Positions 13,348 to 28,000 of a DNA stretch of 64,000 nt are shown here, one piece after another. How positions within the stretch are numbered: position 1 is the first letter of the stretch; each line of letters opens with the position of its first letter. The notes beneath the pieces are model-generated. The model was given only the letters and a program-made list of their open reading frames with translations, was not told where the DNA came from and did no database searches. Source of the DNA: Owenia fusiformis (lineage: Eukaryota); assembly GCA_903813345.2 (NCBI GenBank), contig CAIIXF020000001.1:28086001-28150000 (forward strand), in the 5' to 3' direction. The translations under genes were made by a program, and so were the position numbers.

Positions 13348-13980
13348 TTAATTAAAAATCTTTCTTGATGTCCTAGCCAGGTGCTGTTTCAAATGGACAT
13401 ATAGGTCTAATGATAGATTTTAAACTGTTCTAAAATAAATAAAAAGAATTAAAATAGCACTTTAATTCAAATAATTTTTCTCTTTAAAATGGTATATCAT
13501 ACTTAGACTATATTTATTGGAATCGAGAAGGTGGATACAGAACAAGAAACTGCAATAAGAGGTGATTACTAAGCGGCTTTTTATTCTGATTAATTTCCCA
13601 GTCTTTTAATCATTCTCCCTTTCTTGAAATGAATACATCCCAGGCTTTACATTACAAAATCTTTTGATGTAATGGAAATTACGAAAGGAAGTTATCACAT
13701 TCCCTCCGTTTTTACGAGGATGCCGGTTTTCGATGTTGTCCCACAGTGTGGTATTAATAAGTCAATGTTCCTGACGATTGATATCAATGTTGTAATAACA
13801 AATTAATTTAGTTTTTATTAAGTCCCGAGTGCTTTACTTTTAAGAAACAAAGTTTGTAATGAAGATTTGATGAATTGCCATATTAGCCATTAATAGTGGT
13901 CAATTATTTATTCTGTAATTATGTCAGTAAAATTGATATCTGATTTGAGGTAATGCTGATAAATTGCATACTAACCTGTG

Positions 13981-14804
13981 TTAAAATATGCCACCATTAG
14001 CTTGCTTGCACAGGGAAGGATATTCCCCAATAAACAAAAAAGCCAATCTGTAAAGGAACATGAAATAAAATGAATATATCCTTATAGTTCTTGTCACACC
14101 ATAAACATCCAAAATTTAAAACAGAAATAGCCTATAAAATATGAGACGGTAAGTTGCTCCAATATTATGATGTTGAAACGTTGGGGCATATTGGTGCAGG
14201 TAAATTCAACATTTTTATCTCTCCTTTAACTTTATAGAGTTCAGCTTGTATGTCCCGAATCTTTGAATCGATTGTTTATTTGGTATTTTTTGCAAAAAAT
14301 AGATATATTAAGTACAGAGTGAATTAAATATTTTATTTATACTATGGATGCTTATAAACAAAAAATTAAATCAATTTTCAACAAATAATTTTGAAAAACA
14401 TTATGCTGTCACACGCGTACTTCGAAGTAGTCAGAAAAGCTTTAGAAATGTATATCAAGAAAAATAGATGACATTTTTACAAAACTGACTAGGAAGATTT
14501 ATAAAATATAAATTGCTATGACATTCTCTTGGAAATGATGACTTATTATTCAAGTAAAAAGCAAAAAATCTACTTACTCGCACCAGAATATACAAGATAG
14601 TCCTTTATGGTCAGATGGAGAGCATTGACTTGTTTCGTATCCCTCAGTGCCAAGCCATTTATTCTTACAATCCGTATTTGAAATGCAATCAATAGGAGTT
14701 AATTTGCAATCATAAAATGTTCGTGGGTCACACGATATCTGAGCTTTACAGTTTGAAGCTGTGACAAGAAGTATAGTCCACACTATCACTATGTAACTGA
14801 CCAT
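13981..14804 (-). CDS. Candidate small secreted cysteine-rich peptide, ~97 aa, spliced
   Basis: Exon 14804-14578 (MVSYIVIVWTILLVTASNCKA|QISCDPRTFYDC...SCIFWC) ends at a perfect GA|GTAAGT donor. The acceptor TTTACAG at 14048 continues in phase 2 as E-LAFLFIGEYPSLCKQANGGIF* (TAA at 13983-13981). A further donor at 13975 and acceptor at 12305 suggest a 3'-UTR exon running to AATAAA near 11575. An upstream in-frame ATG lies at 14858. Confidence 0.5.
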
Positions 14805-16429
14805 CCTGCAACACTGACCGAGGCTTGGAGGTGTCTGGAAGAAAAGGGATCTCCTCATTGTAATGCTGTGTCTATATCATAAAAACCACGTCATTTTATT
14901 GCAGAATATAATTAATAGAATACATAATTTTTCTCAAAATTACTAGCGATTTTGTCTACTTGTACTTTTAATTACGATTTTATTAGAGACAACGTTTGCT
15001 CACACCAACGCAATGCATTATTGGTAGTCCTATGGTTTGCAGTACTGACAACAGTAATAACATTTATGGCGAATGCAATGAATTTTCAGCGATTAATTAT
15101 ACTGAAGTATAAAAGTCGTTATTTTGTGTAGGATACGTAACCACAAGGTTAGGACGAGCAAATATCAAATATAACGAAATAGGAATCACTCACATAAAAT
15201 CTTTAAATATAATTTATAATTGTAACACCAAACCGTTTAACTCTTTATGACGTGTTTCTGTCTCGTATAGTGCTATTTTTATGATCATTTACCCTGAGTG
15301 AAATCATTTTTGGTTGTCCGTTTAGCAGTTTAGGCGACAGTTGTGCCTACGACAAGTCGGAGATCTTCTCGTTGGAGGAACAGTTGGGGATATTGCCCTT
15401 TGGTTTATTCCTGAAGTCCCTGTTGTAAGTATGATTGCCTATGGATACATAAAATAGTATTATGTCAAAACTATAGTTAATTTGCTTGTTATACTATGAC
15501 ACTACAACTATTTGTAGGCTATGCAATTTTCCATAAGCTTTCAAAGAATAGTATCGTCATTACATTTGGTAAAGTCTTGAATTCATGATGAGCACTTTTG
15601 ATGTGGTGCACAGCAGAGAATATTTGTAGTTAAATCATTAATTTGTGATTTAATAATGTTTACTACTTCTGTAAAAAGTTAACGAACCTCGAAAACTAAA
15701 ATCTAAGCATTTCGCCAACATATCAACTTATTTCAGGCGTTGGCCTTTTCAATATATGTTCCAGTGGGCAAGAGGATTGGCTCCCAGAATGCAATTCTAA
15801 TATTTTCCAATAATGAAAATGTTGTTAAATTAATAATCAGCAATCCAAAAGATTTGAGCTCACATATTGTTCACTTCTTATGTGTTTTGAATATTTTGGG
15901 TTATGTAAAACCAAAATCGCGTTTCAAAATCAGAAGTGAAAAATGGTGTCTGGAGACCAATGCATTATATCAATTAACGGTTTTTGTAAGTGTGTAAGCA
16001 AATATATGCAACATCTTTAAACTATGGCTAAGTTCATGAGCATAGACGACTGATTTCACTTCATTTACAATTCTCATTCAGTTCTTATTTTCATCTTTAA
16101 TTTTTACAGAAAGGTGAAAAATATATGGTGACAGAAGTAAAAAATACTTCTTTATTTATAGTCCTTATTGAATGAAATATACGTTCGTTTCCAGTTCTTC
16201 AGTAATAACCACGCAAATAACCTTATTACTATCATTAGCATTTTTGTGTGGCTTCTATAATTACAGTTAGACGTGACAAAATCATGTCAATTTGTATTGT
16301 GCGTAAGACTCGAAACCATTGGTAAAAAACAATGTCCAATATTTATCAAATCATATAATATTAAAGATGTACTAAAACTGTTCTCAGATCTTCTCATTAG
16401 CTTGTACTTAGCACAAATAACAACTCTTT

Positions 16430-17300
16430 TGGTATATTAACTACAAAGCTTGTGATATTTCCCCACAAAACACGATTTATTGTGATAAGACTGTCAACCT
16501 CTGAAATGTCCCCGATATTATTTGGAAGTACTGATGGTTCACCCGTATGGCCTTCATACGGTAAGAAAGTATAGATATAATCTAAGTCGAGTAAAACGGT
16601 TTTAGCATGTCTTTAAAAAACAGCGGGGATAGAGAGTGTAAAATGTTATTAGCAATTTTCAAAATGTACCCCCAGATTTCCATGACGACCTAAAGGACCT
16701 CGTTGGGTAAAGCAACCAATTTCAGAATTATATTTTCAATTGTTGACATCTCGGCACCATGTAAACAGTTCTGTCTCTTAGCTCCATGCATTACATGTAC
16801 CTCTAAATAATGCATACAATAATAGTTCACAGTCGTTCTCTCTGATATGAAGGTGCACTCGACACTGGTTCATGAATGTCTATATTTGCTAGTTTATATC
16901 GAACGGACTATGTAATGAGGTGGCATCAGCAAATATAAATGTTTTTGATACTAGAGCAACTGGTAAGTCATTAATGTAAATCAAAAACAAAAGGGGCCTA
17001 GAACTGACTCCTGTGGTACTCCGGCATTAATCTCATAGCTCTTAGTATTAGAGTTGTCACTTTATATTTGGTCATCTGTTTCTTGACCATGTTGACCAGA
17101 AGACCAATCAGATACTTCTATGTTGTTATTACTAATTAATAACGTTGAATAATTGTTGTTACAACTATAACCTTTGATTTTGTTAGCAAAAGGTCATCAG
17201 GAACAACATCAAATGCTGAGCTCAGGTCCAATTGGGTAAGTGTTTCCTATGTTATTTCCTCATAGAGATAGGCTTTATCTCATTTTGGTCAGTTTAATTT
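16430..17300 (-). mobile_element. Decayed non-LTR retrotransposon (CR1/L2-like) reverse-transcriptase fragment
   Basis: Minus-strand translation gives DLSSAFDVV (~17228-17202), GVPQESVLGP (17022-16993) and, after a frameshift, LIYINDLP...IFADA (~16988-16922). These are standard LINE RT motifs, interrupted by stops and frameshifts. Confidence 0.85.
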
Positions 17301-20300
17301 CCGTCTCTTTAAAGTTCAACAACAAAAGCCACACATGTGAACCACACATGAGATGAATGTGAAGGTTAGTTTTCTAATATGATCGCATATATCGTGAGAA
17401 AACATGGCATCTTCTCTCTTTCATGATCTTAATGAATTGTTACCAGCAAAGGCCAGCCAATCATAGTATTTTGGAAACGGTAAAACACTAATCCAGCCAG
17501 CCTTTGTTTATGGACTATTGACAGTTTCATTCGAATTTGATGTTCATTTTGTAAGGTGTTGACATCTATAGTAATAAAATATCAAAGATATAACCATTAC
17601 GCTGAAAACTGTCAGATTAACTTAGATCAGGAAGATGTTCATATTATCTTGTGTTGCAAGACAGGAAGTATCAGAATGACATGAATACAAATTGGAAGAG
17701 AATAAGGAATCCTTTAAAATTGAAGGCCTGCCAAAATTGAAATTGAAATCCGTATAAAATGTTACAAGATAGATGCATAGGCATTACCCTTTGTATTCGT
17801 TCGACTTCCCTTCTTAAAAGAGAGCTTCGTCTTCAAGAGGACAGTTTATAACTAGACACGCAGGGAACATGGGCATAACGCAATATAAACAATCGTAATC
17901 GAACATGGGCGTCATCTGTACACTAACTACTAATATAAATTGATCTTGTGATACTTGCACAATAAACAAGATCATATACACAAAACTTCAGCAAAAAGTC
18001 TTAAACACACAGCAAAGTCTTTTTCAAAAAGATAAAAACATTTGCAAAAAGACTTACCCTCTGGTTTATATCATCCAGTATCCTTTCTTCAATAAACAAT
18101 TAGTCCAACTGGAATCATGGTGATGGGTTTCTTTTGTAATTTTTTATTACTGTTGTATTTCATTTATGGATTTGATGCTCGCAATATCTATCGACTGGTC
18201 TTGTTTTATAGACGTTATATTTTCAGATATATTCATAGGAGTTAAATGTTAACTAATATTTATGGTGTGTTACTCTGGAAATTAAATAAAAACGTTTTCT
18301 ACGTAATCTTACGTCAGTGTTGTTACTGTCTTCATAAAAAGCTGTTTTTGTAGATTTAGGGCCTCTTCAGCTCGCCCAGACCTAATCTCTACCAAAGCAC
18401 TAAATGTTTATTCTGTCTTGATATTATACCGATTGCGCACTTCTAGCGTTTCAAGTCCTTGGTGGGTGTGATTTGTTGGCCCATAGAATGTTTAGGTGAA
18501 TAATGGTGAGTGCAACTGGTATTTTGATTTCCTTGTCCTAATAGCTAAACACTATTGGCTCCCAGTATAATTTATCATTTAATTTGCGTTTGTAGTTTTG
18601 CAATAAACGCTTGGCTCCTTTCTCGAAGATTTATTGTTCCTTAACACAAACTATAATTCTGATATGAAATAGATATTAACTGAGATAATGTGATAAGTTC
18701 CAGTGGCGACACCTCATCTGTCTACGTACGTTGACTTGTTTTTCCTAATATCGTTCTCTATTATTTTTATTTCTCCAACACGTGTCTAATTTCTCCCCTG
18801 AATAATGTTATGTCCATTCAAAATAATCATATCAGCTCATGCTAATTCAGATTTATACAAGCATAAATATTTTCGACATAATGTAATAGAAATCTTATTG
18901 CGAAATTGTCTAATTAGACGTGAATGGACATTTAGAAAATGTTTCATCGTAGGTCCTTAGTTCAAATTACTATTGCAAATAATTCTTGGAAATGTGTTTT
19001 TGAGGTGAAAATCATTCCTCATTAATAGAAGACCCTTCTAAGCTAATGATATAAACATGCCATTAATAGATTGGAATATAAATAGCAACCACCTTAACAT
19101 ATGACATTTGAACGAGAGCGCATAAACAGCAACATATAGAAACACATAACAATCGCATAAATCTTGCAAGATCTTGAATTAAATGTCCAGGCTTCCTTCA
19201 AAAACAAATCGAATAACCCAGAATTCCTGAAATGAGCAAAATATTTATATTATCCCAAGGTTTAATCAAAGCCATTGGGCATATGAAAATTTGCAAATGA
19301 TGTCACCATTTGCGATTTAAGACTTTGATTCCGGAAACTTGGGTTCACGAATTAGTCAAAGCGATAAAACAAGGATATTATTCATCGTATATAATAAAGT
19401 TATTCCGCGCAAATCTCTAAGGTTGGTTTATTTCATAAAATATTCATTGGTAAGTAAATTTTGTGTCATTTGATCATCATCGTAGAAAAGGCATTGTATG
19501 AAAAGTTATATGTTTCGTGTAGCCTATTGGTAAGAAAACTGGAGGATTCTTAACATCTTGCATCTAAAATCATTCAAAACCAATAAATGTTAAAAATGAG
19601 TATTTTTCATGTAATTGAAAATAGCTAGAACTAAAATGATTTTTTATCATTGTTTTATGTATTTTAAAATAAAATGCCTTTATCTTGATTCGGTCAGCAT
19701 ACTTATTGATCACTCCGGTTGTAAATAACTTTGATAACTCGCGAATAAGTTGTGAATTTCGTGAATTTTGTTGATGTAACGGGACAACACGCCCGTGAAC
19801 ACATGCCATATCTCACTTATAAATGGTCGCATCTTTTCATTTTGGTTCTGTTGGCATAGAAAACATTCAGTCAGAGTGTGATGACAGCAGTGTATTTGCT
19901 TCTCACCTACTACCGATTATATGTACCCATTATAGTAAATGTAAAATTTATTCTGTGAAAAACGTCACGGTCGTTAAAACAGGCCCAGACGGCAGAAGGG
20001 AAACTCGAGATAAATAAATTGTCCGTGGTTATCAAGTCTTCAGTTCAGTTTATCAGACCATTGTGTTACAAATCGTGATAACAGTTGTGATTGAATGATA
20101 ATGAGCATGATCTGAAAAATTCTGAAAAATCACCGTTTTGCTTGTGAAAAACGACCATGATGTTACTCGTATATTGACAGTAGTCTTGTTGGAAATGGGA
20201 CACATTTCGAGAAAAACAACGTGTCCACTCCATCATAACATAAAAGGATTTTCGAAATAGCCAGCATTACCCGATCTATGAACTGATAATTTGCGAAACT

Positions 20301-23300
20301 GTGACAATCGTCACGCGTGAAAAACGTCACGGTTATAGCATTGAACTCAAAGCAGTAATACGCCATTTTTATAAATCCCAGATGGATTGGTTTAATTTTA
20401 TATGATGACCCATATTCTTAAAACACATGTTTAACAGTTATTCAGTAATTACGCATAAAGCTCAACTCATAGACAAGGAAACGATAACGGCTAACGAATT
20501 TGCCATTTTGTAAATGTGCTTTTTACATTTTATACGTCTTTACAATAATATGTAACATGCAAGCAAATGACAAGTTATTTGGGAATTCCGTAAGCATAAT
20601 TTATCGGAAAAGTCATAACAAAAAATGTAATATGAAGACCATTAAAGCCCAAAATATTTGACCCTCAGTAAATAACGTTTCGTTCAGTGTATTCCCGGGG
20701 ATCGCTGAATTCAATCATAAAGTCCCTTAATATTTGTATTCTGATTTCTTTTCAATGGATGCAATTATTATTAATGGAGAACAGCATAAACCGAAACCCC
20801 TAGTTAAGTAATATGAACGATTACAGCTTTTCAACGATGCTTTTGTGTTATAACCACTGATTTTTATTTCAATTCCATTTGCACGATCTGTATATGATCT
20901 GTAATATTCAATATGCCTTTGCGAAACGCAATTCGTTGGAAAAGAGACAGAGAAAAGCAAAAACTAAGCAATGCCCGAGAATATTAAAGAAAATGTAAGG
21001 CAAGCAATGCAAAAATACACTCCTCTTTGAAATATATCGCCAACCGACAACAAAAAGAAATAGGAAACACAAAATGCACGCTTTGAGAATGGAGGCAACA
21101 AAGCGAGATTAATTCTTTCAAGGTTCTCTTTCTCTAAAAACAAAACCGGGGTAACGCATTGCACTGAACATTAAACTTCCAGAACTTCAAAGAAAACTGA
21201 AAATCACAGGAAAGAATTGAGTTTATGCTTAGAGTTATGTGATGTGATATCAGAAACCGTTGAAAAAGTATCGAGTCTGACAAAAAATTCGTTCTAGGAC
21301 TGCCGACTTATTCTGACAGCAATAAGAACGTTTTCAGTTGCCATAAAAATGTCCTTGTGATGAGATCGGGGCATCGAGGAAGCGCTCCGCAGACCAAAAG
21401 AAAATTTCATATTCACAGTCCAGCATCCTCCGATCACAGGGCTTCAAAATCCAGAATATATTCTTTCTTACGGATTCTGGATACCTGCTTAGGAGGATGC
21501 AGTCCAGATGATTTTCATGCTTTGGCTACGTCAGACTTAAAAAAAAGTCAGCAATATCATTCTTATTTCTTTCAAATGATTACGAACAATCAAGTATATG
21601 TAACAGATTTTAAATGAAAAAGTCTCTCTTGAAATTTGAAATCTTTAAAAAGGACTTTTCTGATGCATGATTGAATGCCGTTAATGTCATTTGGGATGAA
21701 CATGTATGGTTGCCCTGCTGTTTGCGGTGCATGCAGAAAAGACTTCACTACGTCACCCTGCAGCTGGTCTATACCTATAGTAAAAGTTTCTCAAATTGTA
21801 AAAACAAATCGAAATCAAAGTGTCTTGCCTCATATACTATTAGAGATTAAAAGAGAACTAGGGTGATTGCAATTGGGTGCTTGAGAACATGGCATTTGTA
21901 CCATCGATATAAAATGTAAAAGTGCTGGTTTCTTGAATCAGTTAAAGGTTTTGGTTAAGTTGATTTAAAAAAGATAATGTGGCGTGCACATAGTTATTGA
22001 AAATAGAAAAGATGTGCTCAGTACATGTAAACTATGATTGCATATGAGTCCACAAATGTCACATGTACGTATACGTAACTGCTTTTTCCTTGGAGATAGT
22101 GAAACACGGCACGATTCTGCTATTCACTGATTCATGGTTTATGTCGAGTTTTGACGGAAAATTAAACATGAATGTGATAATATAAGACACAAATACAAAC
22201 TTGTTTCTCAATTCAGCTAGCTATAGTCATCAAAAATGCCCATTCGTGAATTAAGACTTCTCTTAAGTGAACATATAACTCATTGTCATTTGTTTCCAAT
22301 TTTCTTGTGAAAATCGACACGCGGAAAAAAGGTGAACCAGCTGAATGATCAATGCTCCCCAAATAATTTTTTTTATCATTTTCTATTCGTCTAAAGCATC
22401 ATTTTTCATGATCGAATCGATTCATGTTCCAATAGGGTTGACCCCTTTTAATTTTACTTAGATAAAAAACACAACGTATGAAAAAATCGAGAAAAACGAT
22501 GGATTCGGATGTTTCATGTTGACAAGTGATGCACATCAAAAGGGAAATACTTAGAGTCCAAATTCATTTATGATTTTAAAGGACAGTAGAGTAGCATAAG
22601 GAAAGCCATTGGCTTTTTGAAAATGCTGCACTCTAATGTGAATATCTTGGCATATTAATCACGGACTGAAAATGTGAAAATCGTCACGTTTGAGACGGGC
22701 CCTAATTTCAATTTGAAATTCCACCTATTGTTCCTCGGAGTTTACTTCAATGCTTTGGGTAACGTGTGTATAAATGTATATAGATACATACTACATGTCT
22801 ATTTGAAAAAATAATTTTAATGATTTTTTGAATTTTTAACAAAATTTGTTTCACACTTAAGCCGTTTTCAGTGTAATGACAAGTTTAAGTTGTTCTCTTC
22901 ATTACTCGTTGTGCTTTCCTTATTTTCATTTAACATCTTTCTGCCTTCAACTAGAAATCTATAGGGTAGCTAGTAGAAGGCCATGATTTCTCATGATGAG
23001 TCTTTGGCTACATGTGGTGCTTTTTCGTATCATAAGATGTATTGACAAGCCTTGTGCGTTTTAATATTGATTTGTGGGTTTTTTATAATGCTGTCCTGTT
23101 TTTGTTAAACAAATAGCGTGTCTACTGTGGCCTTTAGATATAGAAACCTAAAGGTATTTACAATCCTACAACTGTTATCCATCATTTTCATGAACTGTAT
23201 TGTGTCCTTGTCCGGACTCAATAATGGATCATGAATAAAAAATTAAAAAAGGTTAGTCCCATTTGCTATTTCGTTTGACGATAACAAAAGCAGTAATTAA

Positions 23301-24505
23301 GGAAGAAACCCATTATATTTCATTTTATTGAAAAATCAGGGTTTCTCTGAAAAGCGGATTTGTGTAATTATATCTTGTGACAGATCACTCTTTTTATAGT
23401 GGTGAGTAATGTTAGCGATGTCAAGAAAGTAGGAAGGGGTGACAAAAAAGCATGTTTTTTGCAATCAAAACATCACATGCAATGTCGCAATCATGATCGC
23501 TACTCTACATAATACATTACATAATGCGAATATATCTGTATCTTAATTAATTTTCAGATGATGATGGATCATGATGTCTTGTCCAATCTTGATGTTCAGG
23601 GTCACACTAACCGTTATGAATTCGTCTTTGAATTTTCATAGTTATTAAAAAGGCATTCACACAAAGCTAAGCAAGGTATGTCCGATTCCAGCCGATCCGA
23701 TCACAGTTTTTCATATAACTGCACTGCATTATATAACCAATCGCCACACCTAAGGTCATTCGTTGAATGGTTGTCAAGGTGACAACATGACTCTACAGAT
23801 TGAAATTAATGCTTTGCCACCACAAGCAAATATGTGTGAATACATGATATCTTCGTTTTGTCAATTTCACGACTAATTGTGCATTACATCAAGAATTATT
23901 CAGTTCGAAAAAATACAAAATCTCCCCACTTTGTTTGTCTGGGAGGAATAGGATTGAATAGGGTTTCCACTAGAAAAATATTTTAACCACGTTCATTTAT
24001 TTTTTTCAATTGATCAGACAATTATGATGGTGTCATGCGCACAATATAAGATGGCGCTAAAGAGTCAACATTTAGATCTACAATTTTCAAGAGCGGACTT
24101 AACATGCAGGGTCGAGGGTTAGGGGAATGGTAGTCTAGAGCTTGGTAGGGATACAGGCCACCATCGTCGCTCTCCACTGGGTCTAAGTTAGGAACAACTG
24201 AAACCTTGTGAACTAAGAAGAGACCACCGCCATTTCCATAAATAATTATTTTAATATCGCACTAGTCTTTAAGTAGCTTATCGTGAATCAGGAAATTTGT
24301 GCGAATATATCTCAAGGCTAGATTTATTTGAACGAGTCGTATTCGCACGCTCGATCCCACTAAGAACGCGGTGAACGGAATGAACAAACATGTGATAGAG
24401 AGTCACATTTCGTGATACCAATGCTGAATTCCCACGAGCTCGATCGTGCTAAAATAAAATAAGCGATGATGGGGGTTTCAGTCATCTTTGGAAATCCAAG
24501 ATGAG

Positions 24506-24564
24506 TGAAACCCATACTCGTTTCGCAGTTTGAAAATCAAACTGGGAAACGAGTATGGGTTTCA
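24506..24564. repeat. Near-perfect 59-bp palindrome (28-bp arms, 3-nt loop)
   Basis: TGAAACCCATACTCGTTTCGCAGTTTGA-AAA-TCAAACTGGGAAACGAGTATGGGTTTCA, one mismatch. Confidence 0.85.
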
Positions 24565-25031
24565 GTAATAGGAAATTATAATCGAATTTTTATTACCCTT
24601 CGTATGATATCTAGTAGATACTATCTACGAACTTCTACTTTACTCATAGATATTACACCAGAAATAACATTATTTTGATAGGTAAATCATATACATGTAT
24701 GTTTTAAAGGTCATGTCAAAAAGGCTATAAAATATAAATTAATTAAGAATAGATTATCATATTGATAAATAAAGAAGGTGTGTGTCTGTGTGTCAACAAA
24801 TAATGTATCAATGTTCCATTTCTCGTTATAGAATACAGGGTTACCAAACCAGATTAAGTTATTCAGGAAGGGCAGAGTGGAAAAAGATCAGCTTCTATAG
24901 TGTCATATGAAGTGGTATCAAAATTGTTCCACTCGTAGATACCTTCAAGATAAGCACTGGTAATAGGCCAATTTATTAAGTTGAAAGTGAAGGTGCTACC
25001 ACCATAGACAAAAGAGTAAAGTAAAATAGAT

Positions 25032-28000
25032 ATGGAGAAGAGTTGGTTTATTTTCATCTTTTGTTTTATTACATGCGCGTTGGGATCAAGTTACAGTTCG
25101 CTTCGAGCATTAAAACACGCTGCTGTATCGACTGAAGGGAATGTCGCACCTCTCCTTAATTTGGAAAAGTTCAAAGATGCATCAAAGAAATTAGAAAATG
25201 TCTTCACTGTTGAACCACCAGTAAAAAGCGGCTACTATCTAAAACAGCCCAACTCTCGGTATCGAGTACCACAAGAAGTTGGCTTGACAATCAGGAGAGA
25301 GCTTTTGAGTAATCCTGACAAATTGGAAAGATTAAAAGAAAAATACAAGTCCCGGGATAAGAAATGGATGGATGCAAGGAATCAGAAACCTGAAAACGTG
25401 AGCGATGCTTGCTGGTCAGACTGGAGCAAAATGAATCCCGCTGACGTTCTTGATATGCCACCATGGGCAATTGAGAGTATGTATTGCTACTATTATTTGC
25501 TTCTGAAGTATGATATGAAACGAAATAAAACTAAAGTCGCTTGGTGCTTTTCTAATAATGCCTTTTATGCTTTTTATCAGTGTTTGATGCGAGTGGCAAA
25601 CTGCCTCCTGGTATCTTGCAAGGAAATCTCCATTTCGTGGGTAGCTTTGACCAATGTTTTGATATCCGAGATAACATCACGGATGATGGTTCAGTGAGGG
25701 AGGTACGTGGCAAGTACTGCACTGCCGAGGAGATACTAGACTTACAATTAGATGTTCCGATCTTAGACTTAAAGTTAGACCTCGCAGTAAGTATATGCTC
25801 AATTGCAAATCTTGAAACAATTTTGAAACAAATGCCTAAAAGTAGGCAAAAACTACGTTACTATTTATTATATATTTTTCACAATAGGGAGTTTACCTAC
25901 ACGTTTTAAGAGAAATTATACGTGAACGTGTAGAATTATTGTTCTCTGATGATAAGTTCTCCCCTTTCAAGCATTTTTTGCCCAATAAGTCTAAAGTTCA
26001 AAGAAAAATAGTTACTTTTATGTCCCTGGAAAAAACAATTGAGAAGGGGACAGTAATCCCTGGGGTTTTATATAATACACGTTAACGTATAAATACTCTT
26101 AAAACGTGTAGCTTAACCTCCCTCATTGTACGTGATTGAGGTGATGTGATCGTGTGATGTTGGATCTCGTAGGTTGGGATATAAATCCAGTTCTGCAATT
26201 CCAATTAAAGTGACCTTCACAGACTTTAGAGGCTGAATTTGGGGATTTCAAGAAATATTTTTCAAGAAAATAGTCTTACCTTTCTATTAGGATGGGTTCA
26301 GGTGCCAAAAATAGCTGACCCATGAATATATATCATTTTGAAAATTGGAAGCAAGAATTTGGTTTTGGAGGCCACGTTTGACAGGAAATAGATTCACAAA
26401 ATGAAAACTGGATTAACAGCATTAATTCTGAATTTTGCTTAGAATATTTACTCAGATATGTATTCTAATATATTATTAGCATGATTATTGACTACTCTTT
26501 AATAATTGTGGTGAAGTGATAAAACCTTTTTCTAAAATTAAGAATGGATATTAAAAAATACATCCTCAAAGTCTAGCTGAGGCTATGGCAAATCATTTTC
26601 TTTTTTTCTTTATTTCCGAGCCACAATATATTTTCTTTATCTCATTTATGGCACAGTGTCATATTTATTACTTTTTGGGGTTTTAAAATATAGGTAGAAT
26701 GTCTGTGTGTGGCTTTAACATTTTGATTAATTTCAAATTTTCAAGGATGCTTCGTTGTATGAGCGGACAAACAAAAAAGGTGGGTGGGGTTAATTCTTTC
26801 ATAATTTCGAGATCGCGTTTCAGGCAAGGAATTCATGTTATGTTCAAAAGTGCCTCTTGGTTAAAAAGTCTAGACTTTATTAGTTATATGGCTTGATGTG
26901 ATGTTATGTCATATTTATGTCTTGTTCAGTTGGTGTTCTGGATAGGGGAGTGCATTCCTCAAAAATGCAATGATTCTGAGTTGAACCAACTACTGAAAAA
27001 CGAACTGAAACCCTCTACTGAAGACTGTGGTGAAGATTTGATAAGCTGCATCGTTCAGGAAGGTATGTGCGTTTTTATCTCAATGCGAATAACATTCTGT
27101 TTTTCTAATGATATATTTACTTGTTTTGTCCCTTAGAACAATATACAATGTAGGCATTTGCATCCAACAATATATACGTATCTTAATCAAGTTATTGCAA
27201 AACAAATGCCCAAATATTATTTTGAAATTGTATACATAATTTCTGTATCAGTGACTATTGTTATCCATTTGTTTTAGTGATATACGAGTACACGAGTTTT
27301 GACAGCTTCTGCAGGGTCCGATTATCCAGTGACAATGACCCATATGTGTCGATGACATTGTAAATATTTATACTTTCAAATCATTAATTAATAATCTCTA
27401 TCATTAAAATTTGAAAAATGACTTTGATGAAGTGGTTTTGAAGGTCATTGATAGTAAGGTCAAGTGTGTTGCAAATGCTGCTGTTAGACATAGATAAATG
27501 GTCCAATCAAACATATAAGAAATATGTTTTATCTTTAGTTCAAAATTTAATTGACATTAATATCCGGGCCTCTTTGTAAACGATGTAGCATTGACGTTGA
27601 ATTTATCACTTTTATGTAAGCCAATGAGAGAAAAGATCTCCATGTGGCCATATAAGGATACATTGAACACTCAAAAAAAAGAAAAAAAATGATATTGATT
27701 ATTCATTCAGAATAAATTAGGCAAAAAAAGTCCATGGTTTGAAACTTCATTATTCACATCTAATTGGAACAATTACTACGTGTTTTCCAGAACAATAGGA
27801 TGTACACTCCCCTCCATAAGTTTGACAACCGGAAGTCAACTCACAAAGCCTGTTAAAATATCATCAAATGTGTCACTTTACGAACTATCCATTCCAAACT
27901 ATGTTATCAAAGAAAAATGAAGATTCAAACAATGACAGCCTTTAAGAGGGGGAGAACCCCCAGGGTTCAAAGATGAGATACGCTTATAATGTAAATCTGT

